Positions 53,374-64,000 of a stretch of DNA of 64,000 nucleotides are shown piece after piece (the stretch's first letter is position 1; the number at the start of each line of letters is the position of its first letter). This DNA is from Azolla caroliniana (Eukaryota > Plantae > Polypodiophyta), in assembly GCA_043228905.1 (NCBI GenBank), contig JBHGNT010000005.1, positions 5,704,001-5,768,000 on the forward strand. Reading direction: 5' to 3'. The notes beneath the pieces are model-generated. The model had not been told where the DNA came from and searched no databases. It saw only the letters and a list, made by a program, of their open reading frames with translations. The position numbers and the translations under genes were made by a program.

Positions 53374-55894
53374 TCACGCGAGGTGATAAAAATATGGTTT
53401 AATTGTTTCTGTAAGGAGCTGGCTCCACATATCAATGGGTCCTGGCAAGCACCAATGCAAGCAGTCATTTACAGGCTCATTTGGTTTTTGGATCCTATAA
53501 GGGCCCGGATGCCCATCTGGACGTAGGAGAGCACTATATGTGACATCCAAAAGCTTTAATCTTGGAGGCATTAACCCATCCTTGATCACCATCACTTTCA
53601 TGTACTCCTCCATCTGAATGTTGTACATTGCATTGCTCATCCATGGTAACGGCATTTTCATATCAGTGTCAGCGTAAGGCTGTGTTCTATTGCAAGATCC
53701 TCCATTTCCCCATGACCCATTTTCAAAATGAGGTACTGTTATCGTCCGCATGATGGTGATCCCATTGAATTTATCCACCATATGCCTTAAAACAGTTCCT
53801 AAGGCTATCTTCATGGCAGGGAGCATATCAAACTGTGTAAGATTAAGTCCAGACCGAGGATTACTACCTAATATTGTATTGTTCATGTAATATATACTAG
53901 GTCTAAAGTACCAATAGCCAGTTGAGATTATCGCGACATCGTAATTAGCAAATGGGAGTGACCATGCCATGTCTGGTTGGTCAAGATGAATCTTGTAAAT
54001 ATCATTTTCAACTGAGTGATTCACGAGGAATGGCGACCATGAGTTTGCTAATGTGAAGTTGTAATAAAGAAATTCCCATGTGTACTCTTTCTCTTTCCCA
54101 TCATTATACAAGTTTGTCGGGTCGTCAACCTGCAATGGTATTGAGGTAAGTACTATGTCCATAATCAGTTTTGTTCAAATTTGCTAAAGAGGACAAACAA
54201 AGAAGAAGATATTTCTGACCTGAGACAGGGCACATAAAAGAGCTTGCATTTGATTACGAGCAATCGAGTCCCCAATGAATACCATTCTCTTCCCCCTCAT
54301 CATTTCGAGGAATGATTTAGGGTTAAATGGTTGCAGTTCACAGTCTATAGGTTTCCATTTCCAGTAGAGAAAGCCTCTGTCTGGCCTCCCGTTCATCATG
54401 CAATTCTGATTCGGTAGAATATATTTACACGTGTCATTGGTATACAATGGTGGAGTAGAATCAGAGATCCAATGACCTCGAGTAAGATCACAGAAATTCC
54501 CTAAAACATGTGTCAAGCATAAATATTCCTAAGAAAATAACTTTGGAAAAATCATAAGCAGCATATTTTATGATATAAAATGTAATGCAAACTGTCATTA
54601 ATGGTTAGAATAAAAAGCGGCAGAAAGAATCACTTTTTATCGCAAAAGTTAACTACAGAGATCACCAAATCCAGCCTATCTAAGCACAACTAGGCTATGG
54701 CGAGTCAGCAAAAAGCTTGAAATTCTTATAAGCTAAATTCAATGTACAGAACTTAACCAGATTGATGGTGGGAGATCTATGATCATCACATATCCCCGAA
54801 ATTTTGATCGGTGCATTTGAGGTGTAAGTCAGTCCTATGTCCTAGGGTATCCCAATATGGTAGTCACAAACTGGTTTCCAAAATAGTGAAACCCATCTAC
54901 CAAAAACATCTGGTAGGTCTAGAATTGCGGAAATTGTCTGCATTCACAGGCTGACAGTAAAGACTATTCCACAAAATGGTGAGCCAATGTGTTATAGGCC
55001 TTATTAACCTTTCCCTCCCCTAAGGACGCCTTACACAAGCTGCCTGTCCAATTTGGGCCTTTCACATTAGGCTGGACATTATATATAGACACCCATCAGG
55101 ATATCTAGGAGCATAATAGTAATGGTAATGAGTCAGAAAACTATGTCCCCATCTGAAAATTACCACATATGGAGATGGTGGTCTTATATGGGCATGTGTG
55201 GAGTTCAAAAACAGAAGATACAGAATGTTAACGATTCTTAATACTGAATTATGCTCCACACAAAAAAAAAAAAAACATAAAATTAGAATAGAAAAAATGG
55301 AATCAAAAGAATACCTTGGGATGGTGCATAAAGAGGAGGAGAAGCCTCTTCTTTCTGAAGGAACATACTGATGTTATCTCCATTACACCCATTGATGAGG
55401 ATGGTGGGAGCTTCTTCTGGCTGATGAGGAGGCATACTACTGCTGCTATCTCTACTAGACCCATTGATGAGTATGGGGATGGTGTTGTGACTATCGACAG
55501 AGGTGATTGGAAACGGTCCTTGGTGAGGAAGGACTAAGAACCACCAACAATTGAAGGCACCAAAGCCTAAGAAAACAATGGAAAAGACCCCAGTTAAATT
55601 GCAGCAGCATTGTTTGTCACGACGACCAAGGGACAAGAAAAAGGTTCCAAAGGAAGGGGAGTCCATGGAACCGAGGAACAGGGCCGGGGAGGGGGGGGGG
55701 GGGGGGGGGGAGCAAAAGCTATGGCAGACAGAGACAGAGAGACAGAGTAAGTACCTTTGTATAAGGTGGGTTTGTTGTTGGAGTAGGTTTTGTTTGCGCT
55801 GTAAAGAAAGCTTTGGCTTCAGAGGGAAGGGAGAGAGAGAAAGGTCGTATTGTCTCCTTCTTCCATAGCTAAACGTTCGTTGAAGCATCACCAT
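53374..55894 (-). CDS. TRICHOME BIREFRINGENCE-LIKE (PMR5N + PC-esterase) O-acetyltransferase, AXY4/TBL19-27-like; exons (start uncertain)-55315, 54500-54220, 54129-53374
   Basis: CDL..G.W, QNCMMNGRPD, FIGDSIARNQ (GDS), LRPDGHPG, DCLHWCLPGPIDMW (DxxH); TM segment in exon 1. The start could instead be the MDSPSF ATG near 55666. Confidence 0.92.
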
Positions 55895-55976
55895 CGCCCA
55901 CCATCACCATCACCATCACCACCAAATCAAACAGGTGGAATGCTTCCTTAGAATCTAAGAGAAACCTTATTATTGG

Positions 55977-56009
<33 letters not shown>

Positions 56010-56042
56010 ATTGAGAATGGTCGTACTAATGGCGTCCCAGAG

Positions 56043-56114
<72 letters not shown>

Positions 56115-56126
56115 GTATGTATATAT

Positions 56127-56400
56127 ATTGAGAATGGTCATACTAATGGCATCCCCCGGAAAGGATATATAATTATGTCACATGGAGATAGACCCAGATG
56201 AGTACCACTTTCCATGCAAATGTCCAGCTTACGCCGAGATACGAGCAAAATACCCGAGACATACCTGGTCGGTCCCTCTCCCACCCTCCCCAAACTATTA
56301 TTAGATACTCTAGATATAAAAGAAAATAGGCAGATATGTTGTGAAATGCACATAAGAGATCAAAACCAGCCAACTTAACTCCTTAGTTCTTACTCAATTT
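56127..56400 (+). mobile_element. 3' fragment of a non-L1 LINE (RTEX/CR1-like C-terminal zinc knuckle)
   Basis: Manual translation gives IENGHTNGIPRK then CHMEIDPDEYHFPCKCPAYAEIRAKY, matching the IExGR..IPR..C..C...E.HF...CP.Y..IR pattern I recall for these clades. Confidence 0.55.
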
Positions 56401-57104
56401 ATAGTTGATAGTAATACAAAGGTACCCATTTGGGTTGGCTTAGCTAAAAAGGGTGTGCTAAAAGGGTGGGTCGGCTTAGGTACATGCATCCTAAAAAGGG
56501 TGACATGCTAAAAGGGTGGCACAAAGGAACACATGCACACCACAATATCTTAGAGCGAAAACAACTTAGAGAGAACAAACTACAAAAGGTTTGACGATAA
56601 TATTTCTAAGATTCACTAGAATGTCACAAACGAAGTTTTTCGGGGACATGGGGAGATGGCGAATGTGGACACACCTACAACCACTCAATCTCTTCCTTGA
56701 TGAAGCAGAAAACCAAAGAAGAACCAAACACCCTCAGATGTCGGGTTTCAAAGCAACTCAACATGGTGTAGAAGCAATTAAAGAAAATAAGGGAGCGTGA
56801 GCTACACCGCCTAGATGCCATGGTTGGACCACAGGTCACACCCACACCGAAACCCTTTGACCTCCCACTTCTTTTCGAGAGGCTTGGGTGGAAATTACAC
56901 TAGTGCTACTACAAAGTCATTTCCTTTATTGAATATGTTACATCATAACACGTTTTGTACAATACTAGAACTTTTTTAGCTCAAGTTCTATTTTTATTTT
57001 TGATGATTGGGTAAATACCCTATTTTATTGTACACCAATTGTCTCATGGGCCAAATTTGGCCGGTAATCTCTCTCTCTCTCTATCGCTCTCGTAATTAGA
57101 TTTA

Positions 57105-57278
57105 ATTACCCTAGTGGTAAGTCGACAACACTACAAGCACTGAGTCTTGGGTTCGAAACCCAATTTCCTCACCTCTCTATTATATACTTCATATATATCT
57201 CTATTTCACTAGATGCCACTATGGAATATAGGGGTTGAACCCATGACCACCTGCAACCTTACCAACTGAGCTACATCC
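57105..57278. other. Two convergent degenerate tRNA-like (SINE-head) sequences
   Basis: Plus strand: CTAGTGGTAAG...GGTTCGAAACCC (57111-57161). Minus strand: TAGCTCAGTTGG...GGTTCAACCCC (57278-57231). No intact cloverleaf. Confidence 0.55.
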
Positions 57279-57282
57279 ACTT

Positions 57283-57318
<36 letters not shown>

Positions 57319-60300
57319 GTTCTGGTTCGATTCACGTGATCGCAAAACACCCATCTCGAAACACGTGCTCTCGTCCGTCCACCACCAGGGAACAAGCGCC
57401 TCTTTCAAACTTGTTCATCTTCTTTCCATTTATCGGATTGTCCACTTGCTAGTTGGGGCAAAGTGTGATGACTAGCATCTTGAATGGGCAACTAGTGAAA
57501 GGAGCCACAGGGATTAGCTTGTGTGGGGTATGTATAAATAACATTGGTTGAGAGAGCTAAGGGGTTGTGGTCAATGCAATGGATAGTTTATGAAAGTAAT
57601 CATCATCGGTTAGTAAGTTATGTAGAAGGGAGAACTTTAGTGGAGCAAACTACATTGTTGAGGCCAATGAAATGGATGGTTGATGGAAAGCGGCCCTAGG
57701 GTTCGTATGTACGGGGCTAACTTTAGTTGAGTGAACTTATTGGCCATGATCTATGGAGATGGTGATTGGTGAAAGTAGTCGTTAGAGTTAGTAAAGTATG
57801 TATAAGGGATAATTTTAGTTGCGCGAACCACATCGTTGTGCCCAATCGAATGGGTGGCTAGAGATGCTAGGGTTTGTATGCACGAGGGATAATTATAGTT
57901 GAGCATACTAAGTAAACGTGGCCAATAGAGTGGGCGGCGGCTCCAAGTAACCATTAGTGTTAGTAAACTATGTGTAAAGTATAACTTTTTTTAAGCAAAC
58001 TATGCATAAATATTAATTTTGTCATCTCTCTACTTCTATTATGCTTTGGACACTCTACAATATGTGCATGGTATTTCCATTTCTGTTTATTTGTTATTTG
58101 GTCTACATCCATATTGCCCATGCAACCATATATGATATTAGAGTTATATTGGTTCTCTAGGCTTGTAAGATGAAAAAGACAAGAGAGAATCTGAATCAAG
58201 GTCGTGACAACTAATACTCTCAAAGAGCGAGTATTACGGAGGATAACCATATCATAGGATTAAAAGTAATCCTTTTTTCTTTACATTCTTGATTAACCCT
58301 ACCACGAGATAAGTTATCGTTCTGCTCATAACAACAAGCTTGATGGAATGAACTACACATTTTTTATGTGGAGTTCAAGATGATCACCATTTAAACTTCC
58401 TACGCGCTTTTGGACAATATACTCAAAGTCATTGCAAAGCTGATGGAAAGTTGGTTTGCATCCACGTGACTTGATGATCCTTATCCCTCTCAATGTATCT
58501 TGATGTGCAAGCATGGTGAAGGTGAATTGAAGTCTATGAAATCCATGTGATATACACATTGAAGTCAATACAAAGCTAGTGGAAACTTTTAAATATCCAA
58601 TATACCTAATGATCTTCAATGAATTCTTGAATGTAGGGGACTTTATCTGTGTAGGCATATACCGATCAATGGTTGTAGTACAAACCATATATCAACATGT
58701 ATGAACTAAACCCCATAGAGATGTTTTGCACTGTTGTGTGTGGATTCTCGAAGAGTTAGAATATCCCCGGACCCCCCAATTCATTTCTATTGCATTAGTG
58801 TTTGGAAAAATGATATCTTCAAGAACTCGATTAGTACAATCAATTTGTCCATCCATTTTCACAATGATCAATTTTATTGAACAAGAACTTTGTTCAATTG
58901 AACGCCCTCAACCAAATTCGGTCAAGTTTTGATTATAGTTTGAGACAATTTATGACAAAAATTTTAACAATGGAATTCACTATTGAAATACTTTCCCACT
59001 TTGCATTGGGATATACACAATTGTCATGACAAACTAGCTACCTCAAGGATATATTGGCGTGATAAATAGGAGATTTGTGTGCATGTTTGTTAATATCCTT
59101 GTAAAAGCACGAGCAATTGTTTTTTACAGTGCATGTGGACACACATTTTATGAATCTTGGGATGTCCAACTCTTGAACTATGACATTATTGAAACATATG
59201 TTTTTAGTGTTATCGATCCATAGGCACACAAAATATTCCTTTCTGAAGTTAAATATATTTTCAATTTTGTAGTTCATTTCATAGTAATACTAGTATGAGT
59301 TGAGCACCGTATATGACTGTACATCAACAACTACAATTGTGAGCAACAACCACAAGCTCTAATGATATTCACAATGATTAACGCTTGTCACAACGATTAA
59401 CAATGTCATTGTTTGGAATGTTAGCTAACGAGGAAAACAATGAACAACAACTACAAAGTGTGGCAGTGCCACTTGATGATACATAGTGATGTCTTAGCCC
59501 ATGCTTGCTTCATGATGACTAGGGTTGATAGTGAGGGAGCAAAAAATAGAGAATAAAAAGAAAACCAACTCTTTTTAGGGGTGCATTTCTCCCCAAACAA
59601 ACTCATTGTTTTTAAAAAAGCTTTGTTCCTCTTCTTAAAAAGAAAAAGAGACCCCCTTCTCAAAATGCAACTGGCAGCAATATAACTATGGCAACTTTGT
59701 CGTTTAGACAACAACAACATTATATTGATTCTCCTCCCAAACATTTGTAATAGAGTCATATCAACCATGCCCTAGCTTTATTCTTAAGATTCACAAATAG
59801 GTTATGTATTTGATTGCGAAGCCTTCATACACATGTTAGAAAGGCATGTTAGGACTACCTTGGTCTTCACAAAGAAGTGGGTTGTATTTAATTAGAGGCC
59901 AATGTCGTTCTTGGTGCTTAGTATTTATGCCAAATTCGAGGGGTGGGCGAACAAATAAAAGTAATGACATCAATTTCTGACATTCAAATAATTTTGGCAC
60001 TTTGTTAGTGCCTTTGCAACAAGCATTTTAGTTGCAAGGTTAGTTGTTGCATTGTATCGTTGATTGATCCAGTTTTTTTGTAGGAACAAATTCATTAATT
60101 TCCTAGGATATATATTTAGTATCAAGTACTACAATTTTTATGAAATGGAAAGGAGTGTTAGTGAAAGGCTAGATTATAATGAAGCAAAATTGAAACAAAT
60201 AAAGTGGGATGACCTCAAGCTATAACCACCGCGTCTAGAAACATGTATTTTCTGATGGACGAGAATCATGTTTTTTAAAATAATAAGTGAACATTTCGTG

Positions 60301-60801
60301 ATGAAAAGGTTTATACTATTAAAAATACCAATATGTTTTTTTTTTGCTGAATAATTGTTTCGCATGGAAATGCACAAATGCCTCCACATGGTTCAACATT
60401 CCTTAGGAGGATGGAGTTCTCAAAAGCATGGTAGGAGGCTTTACAACATTGAGATGTCAGTTGAAGCTTTCCACGCAAACATATGCTAAAGTTTAAACCA
60501 TCTTAAATAGGTAAAAGAATGAATTTTTAGTTTGAGCTCGCAATGAGTGAAGGCATTACCATTTCCTGCCTCCTATTGTAAACATGAGTGGTTCTAGTTC
60601 TATTAAACCCCTCACAAGGAGGTATGGCCGAGTAGTGTAAAAGCAATGTATCACAAACATGGTTGAATGAGATGAAAAGAGATTGGAATAGACAATCGTG
60701 GCTACCCCTTGAAAGGTGACATTTTGGAACGACATGATCACTACCCTAAAAAAGGTGAATTAGTGGAATGAGATGAGGTAGAACTAAATGGGTTGGGTGG
60801 T

Positions 60802-61115
60802 TCATCGTGACTACCACCCTTTGGAAGGTGGGTAAAGTGAGTTGATGGTTGGGTAAAGCTACTTGCTCGATGTTGCTCATTCATGTAGGACAAACTCAAA
60901 CAAAGATGTATAACAGATGCATGGTCTCATACCATACCATGCCATACCATACCATCATCATGACTACCACCCTTTGGAAGGTGGGAGGTGGGCGGGTAAA
61001 GTGAGTCAATGGTTGGGTAAAGCTACTTAATCGATGTTGCTCGTTCATTTAGAACAAACTCAAACATAGATGTATAACAGATGCATGGTCTCATACCATA
61101 CCATACCATACCATG
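60802..61115 (+). repeat. Tandem duplication of about 153 bp, each copy ending in (ATACC)n
   Basis: TGACTACCACCCTTTGGAAGGTGGG starts at 60808 and 60961; both continue to ...GATGCATGGTCTCATACCATACC. Confidence 0.88.
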
Positions 61116-62344
61116 CATGCATGACGATATCATACCACACCATGCCATGCCATGCCATATGTATACATCCATCCACACATAGAGATATGTGGATATATAT
61201 GTATTGCCCCAACCCATCCATTTCCCAACAAATAGACCCTTGGGTAGCGAGGGGCACGGTTCGGTTCGGTTTCAAGGCAAAGAAACCGAACCGAACCGAA
61301 CCTGAACCGTTTATGCATATAAACCAAAAACCAAACCAAACCAAACCGTTTATGAACTCTCAAGTATTTAAACCAAACCATTTAAGAAAAAGTAAACCAA
61401 ACCATTTAAAACCAAGGGGAAGAACAGCAGAACACAAAGGTGAGCATATGCTTATACTGTATACATATAACTTTCCTGCTGCTTTTCTTGCCTCTGTCTG
61501 TCTCTCTTTTTGTAGGATCTGTAGGAAAAGGGAGCCCTCAGATCCTTACAATCAGTTCTTTCTTTTAATTTTGAGCGGCTGCAACCCCTCAAGGAAAGCA
61601 TTGGAATGAAGAGATATAAATGATCCAAAACCCATGGTCGTTCGTTAGGGGAGTAACATCAAATTGAAGCTCCATAGTAGCTGCAAATTGCCTTGTCTTA
61701 AGTCATGCATCATGCACACAGAGAAGCAAGTTGTTGAAGAAAGACATCCTCCTCTTCCTCTCATCAAAGAGGCAAGATTCCATCTTGATTTTGCAATTCA
61801 CATTTCTGCTTCGCTCTGTATATACTCTTTTTCTTTTCTTTTTGTAAGCTTGGCTCTCCTTGTGGAATTTCGTGCAGTTTATTCACTTTCTTTATTGTCA
61901 TGATTGCTCGCTTCCTTTCCTTAAATTAATTTAGCGATGCATTCTACATAGGCCTCTCTCTCCATTTCTCACGTGCCAGGATAGATTTTGGATGCTGATC
62001 AGTCAAGATATATTAGTGCCTTCTTCTTCAATCATTCTTACTTTTGCTAATAGTTTCAACATGTGATTGAAATTAATAACATCTCTGGTTTGAGCCTCTG
62101 GTGGCATACCTCTTTCTCTAAAATTGATAAAATCAGTTAACATGCCATTCAAATTAAATGCATGTATGATGGTTCAAGTATCTACTGGCGTAGCACTTTC
62201 TTTGAAATTGTTGTAATCAGCCCATTCATCACAAGCTTTCTGTAGGTTAAGATGGGGTTCAGGATCACATGAAAATACTTTAGGTAAAGGTTACATAAAC
62301 ATGCGTACGATAATGCAACCAGATATGCATCTATGATCCAATCT

Positions 62345-62444
62345 NNNNNNNNNNNNNNNNNNNNNNNNNNNNNNNNNNNNNNNNNNNNNNNNNNNNNNNN
62401 NNNNNNNNNNNNNNNNNNNNNNNNNNNNNNNNNNNNNNNNNNNN
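62345..62444. other. Assembly gap (100 N)
   Basis: Run of N. Confidence 1.
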
Positions 62445-64000
62445 AACCAATTGAGATTCAATCAGCAGAGATGTTGTCTGCAAAATCTGCAGATATAACT
62501 TTGAGGTAACTGTCTGTTTTTCCTCAGATCATAACAGGTAAAGAACATTTTCAAACAATTGTGACTGTATTCTTCTGGGAACTGCCTCAGGGAAAGAGAA
62601 GATGCATTTTTATTAGATCCTTCTGCATCAGAAGTTGACCTATACCAACTGGGCATTGGAAGCCTTCAAAATTCATGTGCTCCACAAGGAAAGAAAGTTC
62701 TTCTGTATCCTCATTCTGATGTTGAGAAATGTCAAAATGCTTGTCATAGAATGTAGATGCATGTTTTTGTCAAAATGATGGTTGTAAATGAGAAAATACT
62801 ATCACAACATTTGAATTCTTAAATGTTTCTAGGCGTGAGCTGCTAGATATTTCTCCTGTTTTGACTGAGGCAGCCAGTGCTATAATTGATGTGAGCAATG
62901 TTTCCTTTATTTGGATAGAAAGCCTCTTAAGCTTCAAGTTAACGTTATATTTATGATGAAACACAGGATACATTTACGAGGTGTTTCAAATCAAATCCAC
63001 CTGAACCATGGAATTGGAACCTTTATTTATTTCCTCTTTGGTGTCTGGGGGTGATTGTGCGTTATCTGATTCTTTTCCCAATCAGGTGCGAGAAATCTAT
63101 TGTGCAAACCATGAAAATTAAATTTTTTGATCATATAGGAGATCAGTTGGCTATAGTGTACTTGATATGCAATGAAGCACAGGCACAGTGGTTAAAATTT
63201 AACTATTACATGAAATAAATAATTGGTTAAGTAGCATAACTGTTCCCTTATTGTCAATACAGAGAAAAATCTGTTTTTTTACAATTGAAAACTACTATTT
63301 CAGGTGAGCCTTTTTCATTCAAGGGTTCACTTGATAGTTGTTTTTGTAAGTTCAACTCTTGGTTTGGTCTTATGAATGAATGCATATGTATATCTTGATG
63401 TCTTTGACATCTCATTTGACACAACCAAAACCTTGAGCTTCATGGTTGCATTGAACAACTTGCACTGTAATGCTTAAGCTCATTGAACTCTCGAAGTTTC
63501 TAAACATTATAAAAATTCTCATGGAAACCATCTAGAAAATCCTTAACCTCCACTGGAGTCTGACTTAACCTCCCACTTCTCTATTTAACTAGTTTTCTGT
63601 TGCCATAGGCAATAATTACCATCATAATGCATCCTATCCTGTCTTTTTGCTCGATGGTCATGCTAATCACCCTACACCATCCTTAGGTGAGCATATATGT
63701 TTTATGCTATTAATACTAGCAGCCATCAGGACATCATCTTTGTTGTCCAGAATCCATCCTTGTATTTAAATCTGTACATTCATTTACAATATTCCAGAAT
63801 CCAATCCTTGTCGATTTGCTTCAGCTTTTTGCATGAATTTGGAGCTGTGCTTGTAAGACTCTTAGATCCATGCCAAAACTAAGCGCAGATTGCTCTAAAA
63901 TATGTGACTTCAAGACCCCCTTGAATCAATCCAAATAATTCAAAGAATAACCCCTAATACAAAAGCAATAGGACCACCGATAATTCTTTTCAGTTCGATG

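Noticed and set aside
57105-57278. Functional tRNA genes
   Set aside because: Acceptor and anticodon stems do not pair; only A/B-box remnants remain.
58250-60400. Possible degenerate transposase remnant (-)
   Set aside because: Short ORFs only; family not assignable.
61500-64000. A fifth protein-coding gene
   Set aside because: Splice-like signals are present but there is no recognisable ORF, and the region contains an assembly gap.

Overview
Eukaryotic land-plant genomic DNA (AT-rich, microsatellite-rich, spliceosomal introns; a seed-free plant such as a fern is my guess, not shown). Four intron-containing host genes are recognisable: a GAUT8/QUASIMODO1-like galacturonosyltransferase (+), a Serinc/TDE membrane protein (+), ATP-citrate lyase A subunit (+) and a TBL/PC-esterase O-acetyltransferase (-). 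The rest is mostly transposons: a decayed Ty3/gypsy 3' half and a second LTR element that appear nested in a Sola2-like DNA transposon, LINE fragments bounded by (GA)n, and a non-autonomous hAT with a perfect 8-bp TSD. Two things stand out. (1) A chromovirus is present in circularly permuted order (RNaseH-IN-chromo / one LTR / PBS / gag-PR, RT core missing), inserted without a TSD and with filler DNA into one unit of a 203-bp tandem array; this fits capture of a one-LTR circle at a double-strand break. (2) The Sola-like element appears to carry a second, convergent, spliced RING-like gene whose large intron is filled with a palindromic TAGCTAAT satellite. There is a 100-N gap at 62345-62444. 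All calls are by eye; no database searches were run.
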